Shown here one piece after another: positions 55,467 through 64,000 of a stretch of DNA of 64,000 nt. The notes under the pieces are model-generated. The model was not told the DNA's origin. It saw only the letters and a list, made by a program, of their open reading frames with translations, and ran no database searches. The position numbers and the translations under genes are program-made. Origin of the DNA: Nitrosopumilus sp. (GTDB lineage Archaea; Thermoproteota; Nitrososphaeria; Nitrososphaerales; Nitrosopumilaceae); NCBI GenBank assembly GCA_965197525.1, contig OZ240211.1, positions 32,001 to 96,000 on the forward strand, written 5' to 3'. How positions within the stretch are numbered: the stretch's first letter is position 1; every line of letters begins with the position of its first letter.

Positions 55467-56953
55467 TAGTTTTCAGGCATATTCTCTTGCAATTTAATAG
55501 ATTCCGAGTGAAGAAGTTCGTTAACTTTTACAAATTCTTCTTGAGAAATACCTTCTTCGTCATTTGTTTCAATTGGAAAAATTTCATGGTCATTATAGCT
55601 ATTTCTAACAAATACGTATGGTGATACCTCGTTAAGATGCAAAAAATCATTAGTTTCGAATCCTAATTCTTTTTTTCTAATCTCGGGTTTAATTTTACTG
55701 GCAAGCATGAATTTACCTAATTGCTCCAATAAGAACACGCTATGAGTAGTGATCAACACGTTGAGTCCTGCACGAATCATTCTCACAATATATTTTGCAA
55801 AAACCAATTGATTTGTAGGATGCAAATGTGCTTCCGGTTCTTCAATGATTAGCAGACTCCTCGGATGTACGATGTATTTTAGATACAAAGAAAGCGGGGC
55901 AATTTCTGAAATTGTTGATGACGTTCTATGTAGCGGAATCTCATCTTGTTTGGAATGATAAGTGATTTCGGGAAAAGAATCTTTACTCCCTGAGGGTAAT
56001 TTGATGTGTCCGTGAAGAAGTTCGAATTCCAATTGTTGGGCTAATTTGATGAAAGGTCCTGGGTTATTAGGAATAACAATAATGTTGGCAATAAAATCAG
56101 ACACTACTCCCGTGAGTTTGGGTATTTGGAAGGATTGAATTCCTCCAAACTGTGCACTCTTAATTATGCTGGCAGATAGTGCTTTGTGACCTTGCAATAT
56201 TCCGGATCTGGCTGCTGGGAAATAGAAAGAGTTGGTAGGAATGGTAGGATGTTTGATTTGATTACATATGGAATGCATGAGGTAGAAAGGAGCTTCGAAT
56301 TCAAAAAACTCTTTGGCATAATTTTTGTTGATAGTTATAACATGCTGACCACTTTCTATCGTCTCTGAAACTTCATAGTCATCGTATTCTTTTGAAGAAA
56401 TTTCAAATCTGTATTTCACATTAATGTCTGAGTAGGTCTTAACATTCAATTTGTTTTTTATTGAAATATCAAATTTGTTTGAATCTGAAACGCTAATGTT
56501 TGATAATTTTTGTCCTGATCGGATAAGATCAGAAACTGAAGCACCAAAGTTTCTAGTAATCTCCGATTCCAAATTTGCACGAAACACATCTTTAACTATC
56601 AACGCAGAAATTTTTTTTATAAGATTTGGCGGAATGTCAAAGGATTTTTTATCTCTGTTTTGCCTAACAACTTTTTGGATGTCTTTATTAAATAATTTAT
56701 ATGTATTAGAACCCTTAGATTTACTAAAACGAAATGGGTTGCCCATACCCATACTCTGATTTTCAGAAGATATGATTGAATGAACAAGCATAGCTACATA
56801 TGATTTTCCTGAATTATTAGGACCTACAAAAACGGTCAAAGGTTTTAGTTGTATGTTTCCTTTGGAAACAGGTCCAAAATTAGTCATATCTATTTTTAAA
56901 TCTATTTTTGCAGGTGATTGAGATCGTCTTCTAGGAAAAGGTATTTCAAGCAT
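55466..56953 (-). CDS. ABC-type/AAA_15-AAA_21-like ATPase
   Basis: Walker A GPNNSGKS, signature-like SSTISE, Walker B LLIIEEPEAHLHP and ITTHS H-loop. Confidence 0.9.
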   Translation of the reverse strand: MLEIPFPRRRSQSPAKIDLKIDMTNFGPVSKGNIQLKPLTVFVGPNNSGKSYVAMLVHSIISSENQSMGMGNPFRFSKSKGSNTYKLFNKDIQKVVRQNRDKKSFDIPPNLIKKISALIVKDVFRANLESEITRNFGASVSDLIRSGQKLSNISVSDSNKFDISIKNKLNVKTYSDINVKYRFEISSKEYDDYEVSETIESGQHVITINKNYAKEFFEFEAPFYLMHSICNQIKHPTIPTNSFYFPAARSGILQGHKALSASIIKSAQFGGIQSFQIPKLTGVVSDFIANIIVIPNNPGPFIKLAQQLEFELLHGHIKLPSGSKDSFPEITYHSKQDEIPLHRTSSTISEIAPLSLYLKYIVHPRSLLIIEEPEAHLHPTNQLVFAKYIVRMIRAGLNVLITTHSVFLLEQLGKFMLASKIKPEIRKKELGFETNDFLHLNEVSPYVFVRNSYNDHEIFPIETNDEEGISQEEFVKVNELLHSESIKLQENMPEN

Positions 56954-57291
56954 GAGGCTATTTTGATTATGGGTTACAAAAGTATTGCTAAATAATCCCT
57001 ATACAATGAATCGTAACAGCTCAACTTCCCAAATAATATGACATCTGAGACACACAGTATGTGCCGGTTGTGCAAGACACATCTGATGTCTGAATTAGTA
57101 TGCCATACAAATGTAAATATGTAGATCTACATGAATTTGATAACTCGGAATCTGATATCTACCAGCCAAGCATCAATATCAATGATAGTAGGATCTAACT
57201 CAAATCATCTATACCAGCATAATCTGAATCTATTTGATAACATTGGATCTTGATCAGTAGATTCTTATCTAAAATTTTCATGCAATGCCTC

Positions 57292-58338
57292 ATGAGCAAA
57301 ATAAAACAAAACTCTCCTGTACTATTCTTTTATAACAACTCTAAAAAATGGTTAACCAAGATATCAAAAAACGAATCGTTTCATACTCATATCGGAGTTA
57401 TCAAGCACTCTGATGCAATTGGTAAAGAGTACGGATCCAGATTAATCACAAACAAGGACAAGTACGTCTATCTCTTAGAACCTACAATGTATGACTATAC
57501 AATGAAGATTCAACACGGCACTCAAATCGTATATCCTAAAGACATTGGATACATTATTGCAAGGGCTGGAATAGGAAGTGGCCAAAAAATTTTAGAGATT
57601 GGAACAGGCAGCGGCTCTTTAACCTCTTTTATTGCAAGTGTTGTAAAACCCCGTGGCCATATTCATACATTTGATGTTGATGAGAATTTCATAAAAATAG
57701 CAGAAAAAAATATCAAAAAAGCTGGAGTCTCAAAATATGTCACACAGTATAATTTAGATATAAAGACTACAACAAATTTACCATTTAACGAAGAGATGGA
57801 TATTGCATTAATTGATCTAGGTGATCCTTGGGTTGTGATTCCAAAAGTGAGGGCGATGCTTAAAGGAAGTGGGTGTGTGTTTGCTATCTGCCCTACTATG
57901 AATCAATTAGAAAAACTGACCATCTCTCTTATTGAGCACGAATTTACTGATATTGAATCAACTGAACATATTTTACGTACTATTGATGCAAGAGAAGGTA
58001 AAACGAGGCATTCTTTTCAAGGTCTTGGTCATACTACGTATCTTTGTTTTGCACGAAAAGCATTTTTTGATAGAGGTTCCAGACGCTCTCTGGCGCGTTT
58101 AACTGATACTTCTAAAACTACTCTTTCTGGAACCAAAGATTCTGTTGCCAAGCCAACTAAAAAAACCAGCACTACTGCCAAGCCAACTAAAAAAACCAGC
58201 ACTACTGCCAAGCCAACTAAAAAAACCAGCACTACTGCCAAGCCAACTAAAAAAACCAGCACTACTGCCAAGCCAACTAAAAAAACCAGCACTGCTACAC
58301 AGATCTTTAAAAAGACCACAACAACTTCTAAAACTTGA
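57292..58338 (+). CDS. trmI: tRNA (adenine-N1)-methyltransferase TrmI with a Lys/Thr-rich repeat tail
   Basis: TQIVYPKDIG, LEIGTGSGSLT, IDLGDPW and GHTTYL motifs. Start placed at the ATG at 57292. Confidence 0.93.
   Translation: MSKIKQNSPVLFFYNNSKKWLTKISKNESFHTHIGVIKHSDAIGKEYGSRLITNKDKYVYLLEPTMYDYTMKIQHGTQIVYPKDIGYIIARAGIGSGQKILEIGTGSGSLTSFIASVVKPRGHIHTFDVDENFIKIAEKNIKKAGVSKYVTQYNLDIKTTTNLPFNEEMDIALIDLGDPWVVIPKVRAMLKGSGCVFAICPTMNQLEKLTISLIEHEFTDIESTEHILRTIDAREGKTRHSFQGLGHTTYLCFARKAFFDRGSRRSLARLTDTSKTTLSGTKDSVAKPTKKTSTTAKPTKKTSTTAKPTKKTSTTAKPTKKTSTTAKPTKKTSTATQIFKKTTTTSKT
58141..58290 (+). repeat. Five 30-bp in-frame tandem repeats encoding (TT/SV)AKPTKKTS
   Basis: ACTACTGCCAAGCCAACTAAAAAAACCAGC four times plus one variant copy. 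Confidence 0.97.
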
Positions 58339-58414
58339 ACAAATTGAGTGATATCTTCAGTATTTTATTTACACTTTAAAACAGATTTATTTATCCATTT
58401 ATTCTTTAACAGTT

Positions 58415-59296
58415 ATGAAAAGAGAAGATCTCTCTGCATCAATTATTAAGAATTTTATCCCTGGCCGACGTTCTGATTCTAGAAAGGGAGATAACGGAAT
58501 AGTTTTAGTTGTTGGTGGAAGTTACATATATCATGGCGCCCCGATCTTATCCTCTATTGCAGCCTTGAAATCTGGCACTGATCTTGTCTATACATCCGTT
58601 CCAAAAATCAATGTTGCCTCAACGCGTGCAATCTCTCCAGATCTTATCGTGATTCCGCTAGTAGACCAAAAACTAACTCTGGGTGCTGCAAACAAGCTAA
58701 TAGGGGCATTGCCTAAAAACTTGGATTCTGCTACCATTGGAATGGGTCTTGCAATCGCAGACAAAAATTCGCTACTACGCCTTGTGCAATCTCTCTTAAA
58801 CCACGACGTGAGACTATCGTTAGATGCTAGTGCACTAATTCCTGAAGTCTTGCCTTTCCTTGCCAACAAAAATGTTGTATTGACACCGCATGCCGGCGAA
58901 TTCAAACGATTGTTTGGTGATGTCCCTCCGTCTTCTACTTCTCTTGATGATATGGATAAACGAATCACTCTTGTAGAAAAAAATGCCAAAGAGTTTGGGG
59001 TTACCATCCTGCTAAAAGGTTCTACTGATATAATATCTGATGGTATAACTGCAACATACATTCACAAAAAAGATACGCCTGCAATGACTGTGGGCGGAAC
59101 AGGAGATGTCTTGTCTGGTCTTGTTGCAGGCTTTCTATCTAAAAACCGAAATACCTTGGAATCTGCAGCGGCAGCCACTTTCATCAATGGTCTAATAGGC
59201 AAACGTGCCCAGGACAAATTAGGATTACACATCACGTCAACTGATCTCTTAGAGGAGATACCTGTGGCAATAAAACCATTTGATCAGGTATTGTAA
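58415..59296 (+). CDS. nnrD: ADP-dependent NAD(P)H-hydrate dehydratase
   Basis: RKGDNGIVLVVGGS, LTPHAGEF and MTVGGTGDVLSG motifs. Confidence 0.93.
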   Translation: MKREDLSASIIKNFIPGRRSDSRKGDNGIVLVVGGSYIYHGAPILSSIAALKSGTDLVYTSVPKINVASTRAISPDLIVIPLVDQKLTLGAANKLIGALPKNLDSATIGMGLAIADKNSLLRLVQSLLNHDVRLSLDASALIPEVLPFLANKNVVLTPHAGEFKRLFGDVPPSSTSLDDMDKRITLVEKNAKEFGVTILLKGSTDIISDGITATYIHKKDTPAMTVGGTGDVLSGLVAGFLSKNRNTLESAAAATFINGLIGKRAQDKLGLHITSTDLLEEIPVAIKPFDQVL

Positions 59297-59301
59297 CTAG
59301 C

Positions 59302-60660
59302 ATGAAACCATCTAGATACATAGACACTCATATGAACCAACTCGTCTCTGATCTTCAGACGCTGATACGCCAACCTAGCGTATCGGCACAGAATCACGGT
59401 ATTGAAGAATGCGCAAAACTCGTAGCAGATCTGTTGACTAAATCAGGAATTCCATCTGAAATATTACGATTAAAGAAAGGTGTTGCACCAGTCGTATTTG
59501 GACACCTCAAATCAAAACAAAACCCTTCAAAGACTTTGTTATTTTACAATCATTATGATGTGCAACCTGCAGAACCCCTTGAATTGTGGGGCCATCCACC
59601 ATTTAGCGGCACCCGTAAAGGAAACAAAATCTTTGGGAGGGGTTCCACTGATGACAAGGGTGAGTTGATCACTAGAATTCATGCAGTGTCATCATATCTT
59701 CAAAGTACTGGTGATGTACCATGCAACATAAAATTTGTAATAGAGGGTGAGGAAGAGACTGGCAGTGTGCATATTGAGCAATATTTGAACAGATACAAAA
59801 ACAAGTTTTCCTGTGATGGTGTGATCTGGGAGTTTGGATATGTGGATACAAAGAATAGGCCAATCATCGGTCTTGGAATGAAAGGGTTGCTATTTGTTGA
59901 ATTGTCTATTCAAGAATCAAACATGGATGCCCATTCAAGTTTGGCGGTCTTGATAAAAAACCCTGCATGGCGGCTAATTGACGCCTTGCGCACACTTTGT
60001 GATGCTGATGGAAATATTTTGATATCTGACTGGTACAAAGAGGTTACGCCTCTCTCAAAACATGACTTGGATCTGATTCAGAGAGAACCTTTCGATGAGA
60101 TCTCATTTAAAAAAGAGTTTGGGATTAAATCATTCCTTGGTGGAAAGAAGGGACTAGATGCCAAAAAAGCACTGGTAGGTGGTGCTACATGCAACATTGC
60201 AGGACTCGTGTCAGGATACACCGGTGATGGTGCTAAAACCGTTCTTCCTAGCCGCGCTCTAGTAAAGATTGATTTTAGACTAGTGCCACAGATGGATCCC
60301 AAAAAACAGGTACTACGACTACGGCGTCATCTCAAATCAAAAGGATTTGGAGACATTCACGTTAAAGTGCTCAATGGTGAGGCCGCTGCTAGAACAGATC
60401 TATCTGACCCATTCGTATCCCAAGTCCAAGACGCTGCGAATCGCTCGTTTGGCGATTCTATCCTAAATGTCTCAAATGCCGGAACTGGTCCCATGTACCC
60501 CTTTGTCGATATATTAGATGCTCCGTGTATCTGTATCGGCAGCACATACGTGTTTGCAAAGATTCATTCTCCAAACGAGTTTGCAAGAGTCGATCTTTTA
60601 AAAAAGACAACAAAGTGTATGTGCTTTATTATGGAAAATTTTGCTAGTACCACTGTATAG
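59302..60660 (+). CDS. M20/M25/M40 family metallopeptidase (ArgE/DapE-like)
   Basis: YNHYDVQP, GRGSTDDKG, EGEEETGS and IHSPNE motifs. Confidence 0.93.
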   Translation: MKPSRYIDTHMNQLVSDLQTLIRQPSVSAQNHGIEECAKLVADLLTKSGIPSEILRLKKGVAPVVFGHLKSKQNPSKTLLFYNHYDVQPAEPLELWGHPPFSGTRKGNKIFGRGSTDDKGELITRIHAVSSYLQSTGDVPCNIKFVIEGEEETGSVHIEQYLNRYKNKFSCDGVIWEFGYVDTKNRPIIGLGMKGLLFVELSIQESNMDAHSSLAVLIKNPAWRLIDALRTLCDADGNILISDWYKEVTPLSKHDLDLIQREPFDEISFKKEFGIKSFLGGKKGLDAKKALVGGATCNIAGLVSGYTGDGAKTVLPSRALVKIDFRLVPQMDPKKQVLRLRRHLKSKGFGDIHVKVLNGEAAARTDLSDPFVSQVQDAANRSFGDSILNVSNAGTGPMYPFVDILDAPCICIGSTYVFAKIHSPNEFARVDLLKKTTKCMCFIMENFASTTV

Positions 60661-60744
60661 GATCACTTTGACATCACTAAACCTTGCAAAATAATTGGCA
60701 AATGTCATAACTTGGTGGTGGTGATGGTGATGGTGGTGCTAATT

Positions 60745-61173
60745 CTAATGAATTGCTCTTGGAATTCTTTTAATGGCATGTGCCACTGATATCCTACCTG
60801 GACCTGCTACCATAATTACTAGTGCTGCAGCTAGCAGTATCAAATCAAATTCTACTCCTCCATCTCCGTCTATACTCTGTGCGCCTTTTACCAAGAATAT
60901 GGCACCTAACATAACTATCGATATCGCAGCACCACCAATTCTGCTAAATATTCCAAATATCAGTACAATCCCGCCTCCGACTTCTGCTAGTACAATCAAG
61001 AATTGCATCTCTGGAGGCAGTCCTAAATGTTCCATAAAGTTGAGGAATCCTGGATTAATTTTACCCCATCCATGAAGGATGAATATCAGTCCTACTGACA
61101 GCCTCACACCGATAAAGGTTAAATCAGTTAATATTCCACCCTTGATCTCAGCTTCTGCCATAACACTAATCAT
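60745..61173 (-). CDS. DoxX family membrane protein
   Basis: RLSVGLIFILHGWGK, AEVGGG and GPGRIS motifs. Confidence 0.9.
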   Translation of the reverse strand: MISVMAEAEIKGGILTDLTFIGVRLSVGLIFILHGWGKINPGFLNFMEHLGLPPEMQFLIVLAEVGGGIVLIFGIFSRIGGAAISIVMLGAIFLVKGAQSIDGDGGVEFDLILLAAALVIMVAGPGRISVAHAIKRIPRAIH

Positions 61174-61256
61174 GTTTACATAGTATAACAGTCTTACTCA
61201 GATATTCCGTATAAAATGTAGAAAGCCCTTTATTATGTGACTGAATTATTTTACTT

Positions 61257-61853
61257 ATGTCAATGTACATGCCTGGCGCAACTGCTGTCGGAGTTACCTT
61301 TGACGGTGGCATCGTACTGGCTAGTGAAAAGAGGATTGCATTTGGGAATTTTCTTGTAAGCAAATCCTCAAAAAAGACATTCTCTATAACTCCCAAGGTT
61401 GGTGCAACCTGTGCAGGCCTTGTGGCAGACATGCAAATTCTAACTCTGCAGATATCGGCATTAGCCAAAATCCGCAAGATGGATCTAAAAAGAGACGTTC
61501 CACCCAACACTATTGCCAAAATGATGTCAAATATGATGTATGAGCGAAGATACTTTCCATTGCTGACCCAAGTAATTGTAGGCGGTATAGTTGATAAACC
61601 AATCATGTATACTTTGGATCCTTTGGGGTCTGTTCTGCCTGATGATTACGCTGCAGTTGGAACCGGTGCCGAAATGGCATTAGGCGTGCTTGATCCCCAG
61701 TTTAAACCTAACATGACTAAAGACGATGCAGTCAATTTAGCCAAACACGCAGTCAAATCAGCTGCTTTGAGGGACTCTGCAAGTGGTGACGGTTTGGATA
61801 TTCTAGTAATTACCAAGGATGGCACCGAAGAATTTACCGAAGATATAAAGTAA
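61257..61853 (+). CDS. psmB: Proteasome beta subunit
   Basis: GATAVG, ASEKR, AGLVADMQ, YTLDPLGS and RDSASGDG motifs. Confidence 0.95.
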   Translation: MSMYMPGATAVGVTFDGGIVLASEKRIAFGNFLVSKSSKKTFSITPKVGATCAGLVADMQILTLQISALAKIRKMDLKRDVPPNTIAKMMSNMMYERRYFPLLTQVIVGGIVDKPIMYTLDPLGSVLPDDYAAVGTGAEMALGVLDPQFKPNMTKDDAVNLAKHAVKSAALRDSASGDGLDILVITKDGTEEFTEDIK

Positions 61854-61862
61854 TCATTCTAT

Positions 61863-62339
61863 TTAGATTCTTAACTCTTTTCCTATTTCCCAAAACATAT
61901 CTGAGATGTAGTGCATATTCTTTAGAACTTCTCCTTTTTCCATCTCTTGTAATTCTGAGCTATCGACAGTGGCTTTTCCCACCGCTAAAAATTTATGATG
62001 TGACTCCTCTATTATGCATACAATCTTATCTTTTTTGAATTCTGTATGTTTTACAATTCCCGGTCTCATGAGATTTGCACCTTTACACATAAATTTTACT
62101 GCACCCATATCAACTGTAATTGTGGGAAACTTTTTCAGAGTCTCAATCTCTGATAAAAATGGTACAAACTCATCATCAATTTTTAGCATCTTTATTTCCT
62201 TACCTGTGATTATTTGCGCGTTATTTGAGATATGATGAACCTTTAGGTTTTTTATCTTTGGCAATTCTATTGACCATCTCTCCGAAACTGTTTTTAAGAG
62301 TGATACAGTCTCGCTCTTTGAAATTAGATTGGATTTCAA
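61863..62339 (-). CDS. PUA-domain RNA-binding protein (DUF1947/PUA)
   Basis: VDMGAVKFMCKGANLMRPGI and GEVLKNMHYISD. The true start is likely the TTG at 62339, overlapping the hom stop codon. Confidence 0.88.
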   Translation of the reverse strand: MKSNLISKSETVSLLKTVSERWSIELPKIKNLKVHHISNNAQIITGKEIKMLKIDDEFVPFLSEIETLKKFPTITVDMGAVKFMCKGANLMRPGIVKHTEFKKDKIVCIIEESHHKFLAVGKATVDSSELQEMEKGEVLKNMHYISDMFWEIGKELRI

Positions 62340-63346
62340 TCTCGCGCAATCTCTTCTCTGATGTCTAAAAGGTCTCTTAAAATTGAACTTGCAGTCTCCA
62401 TTCCTCCTGCCCCTTTGCCGATAATTGTTTGTGTGCCTGAATGTTCTGATGTAAACGCAATTGCATTTAGTGTTCCGTTTACACACAATGGATCATCATT
62501 TGATATTTCTTTTGTAGATACTGTTAATTCTTTGTTGCATACAGCAACTAATTTTACAGAGCAATTCTTCTTGGTCGCTCTTTTGACATCTCGTGTATTT
62601 ACATCTCGTATTCCTGTACATACAATATCTGGCATGGTTACCTTCATCCCCATTACCCAGTTTGCAAGGATTACTAGTTTTGCTGCAGCATCTAATCCGT
62701 CTAGGTCAAGTGCCTCGTCTGCTTCTACGTATCCTCTGTCCTTTGCATCAGCCAATGCTTTCTTAAATGACAATCCTGCAGTCATGTTTGATAAAATATA
62801 ATTTGTTGTTCCATTTAGTATGCCCGCAAATGATGTTATTCTCTCCCCTCTTAGACTGTTCTTAGCATAATTCAGAATAGGCGTTCCTCCTCCTACTGTA
62901 CCACTAAACTTGAAGAGGATTCGATTATATGTTGCCAGTTCCATCAGTGATGGAAAAGCAAGTGCCAGTGGCCCTTTGTTGACAGTTATTACATGGATGC
63001 CTTTTCTCATAGCAGTTGTAATGTGGGTCATTCCTGGTTCTGCATCTTTGTAGTTACTAGCTGTAGTTTCAATGAGGACGTCTGCTTTTACCTCATTTAA
63101 TATCTGCACACCTGATAACGAGTTTTTTGTATCTGAATAATTTTTGACAGTCCCAAACTCTTTTTTTACGTTGTACAGCCTATCTAGTTTTAATCCTGAT
63201 TGATCAACTGCACTACCCTTGCTGTCAAACACTCCGACTACTCTTGGCTTAAATCCGTATTTTCCGTATAGATCCTCTGATCTTGACTCAAATAATTTTA
63301 CCAAACTTTGGGCAACAACACCGAATCCACATAATACTATCCTCAA
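62336..63346 (-). CDS. hom: Homoserine dehydrogenase
   Basis: GFGVVA Rossmann motif, TVNKGPLA, TVGGGTP, GILNGTTNYIL and GKGAGGMETA. Confidence 0.95.
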   Translation of the reverse strand: MRIVLCGFGVVAQSLVKLFESRSEDLYGKYGFKPRVVGVFDSKGSAVDQSGLKLDRLYNVKKEFGTVKNYSDTKNSLSGVQILNEVKADVLIETTASNYKDAEPGMTHITTAMRKGIHVITVNKGPLALAFPSLMELATYNRILFKFSGTVGGGTPILNYAKNSLRGERITSFAGILNGTTNYILSNMTAGLSFKKALADAKDRGYVEADEALDLDGLDAAAKLVILANWVMGMKVTMPDIVCTGIRDVNTRDVKRATKKNCSVKLVAVCNKELTVSTKEISNDDPLCVNGTLNAIAFTSEHSGTQTIIGKGAGGMETASSILRDLLDIREEIARD

Positions 63347-63849
63347 ACTATTTCATTGCCTCTCTCTTCATTGTTCATCTCTTCTTGATTAATTTATGTT
63401 TATTAATAATTATTACACTGTTAAATCTTAGGGAGTTTTTAGATATGTATTAATTTTGGGTAATAAATTGTTAAAAACTTAAGCATTTTACACTTGGTAT
63501 AACTTGAAAAGAAAATCCCTAACTTTACAGTGGTTTGAAAAGCACCAAAGATCGAACCGTGTAACTGAGTATGAAAAGCACTAAAGATTGAACAGTGTAA
63601 TTTGGGCGTAAAGGCTTGTTGACTTTTGATATCCGATTAATACTGACTCGACGTATTCCACGTCTAGACAAAGTGTTTTGGGTAGTAAGACATCTAACAG
63701 GCCTTCAAAACTGAAGTGTATGGTGTGAGCAAATGTAAAACAATAATACAAAACGCTATTTTTAATAATGAAAACTTGGTCTGTCCTCTCGAATATTGCA
63801 TAGAACTAAGATTAGTAATTTTTAAATTCTCTTTTTGCTATTAAATAAT

Positions 63850-64000
63850 GTGAGCGTAACACTCCCCAGAACATATACTATCACATTTGCTAGTAAAGAA
63901 GATAAAACTAAGGCTGTTGTTTTTCTTCTGCGTTCAAACTTTCCATTCAAAGGCGTTGATATTGATACTATTGTTGTTCAGAAAGACGCTCGTGACGCTC
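63850..64000 (+). CDS. Possible hypothetical protein, 5' part only
   Basis: Frame is open from a GTG at 63850 to the window end (MSVTLPRTYTITFASKEDKTKAVV...). Confidence 0.35.
   Translation, partial: MSVTLPRTYTITFASKEDKTKAVVFLLRSNFPFKGVDIDTIVVQKDARDA

Noticed and set aside
58141-58290. Possible CRISPR array (30-bp repeats)
   Set aside because: The units are head-to-tail with no spacers and are in frame within trmI.
62340-62486. N-terminal extension of the PUA-protein ORF
   Set aside because: It overlaps the hom coding sequence. The TTG at 62339 with a 4-nt stop/start overlap is the more plausible start.
63536-63600. Possible mini-CRISPR
   Set aside because: There are only two copies with a 7-bp gap, far too short for a spacer, and no cas genes are nearby.

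Overview
Archaeal window from Nitrososphaerota (Nitrosopumilaceae-like, judged from TFB, SUI1, cofC/cofD, TrmI, the proteasome beta subunit and a CFI-box-CTERM domain). The heavy IS load and giant repeat surface proteins are compatible with a host-associated lineage such as a sponge symbiont; that is inference. Positions 1-1.7 kb and 42-64 kb are mostly AT-rich housekeeping genes. Positions 1.7-42 kb are a GC-richer accessory region. The main finding is a nested mobile element. The outer element (1714-20173) has ~25-30 bp terminal inverted repeats and an 8-bp target duplication (CTACTGAA), and once the insert is removed its only gene is a 522-aa TnpB/Cas12f-like RuvC nuclease. TIR/TSD ends are not the expected architecture for TnpB elements. 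Between its candidate TATA box and its start codon sits a 16.8-kb putative ISH3 composite transposon (1773-18590, ATTAA duplication) carrying a ~4000-aa FG-GAP/Ig-like surface protein. A second giant surface gene (~5270 aa, ~39 x 285-bp repeats, CFI-box-CTERM) follows, plus IS3, IS630 and IS5 remnants and two candidate defence or toxin-antitoxin gene pairs. I found no rRNA, tRNA or CRISPR array by eye.
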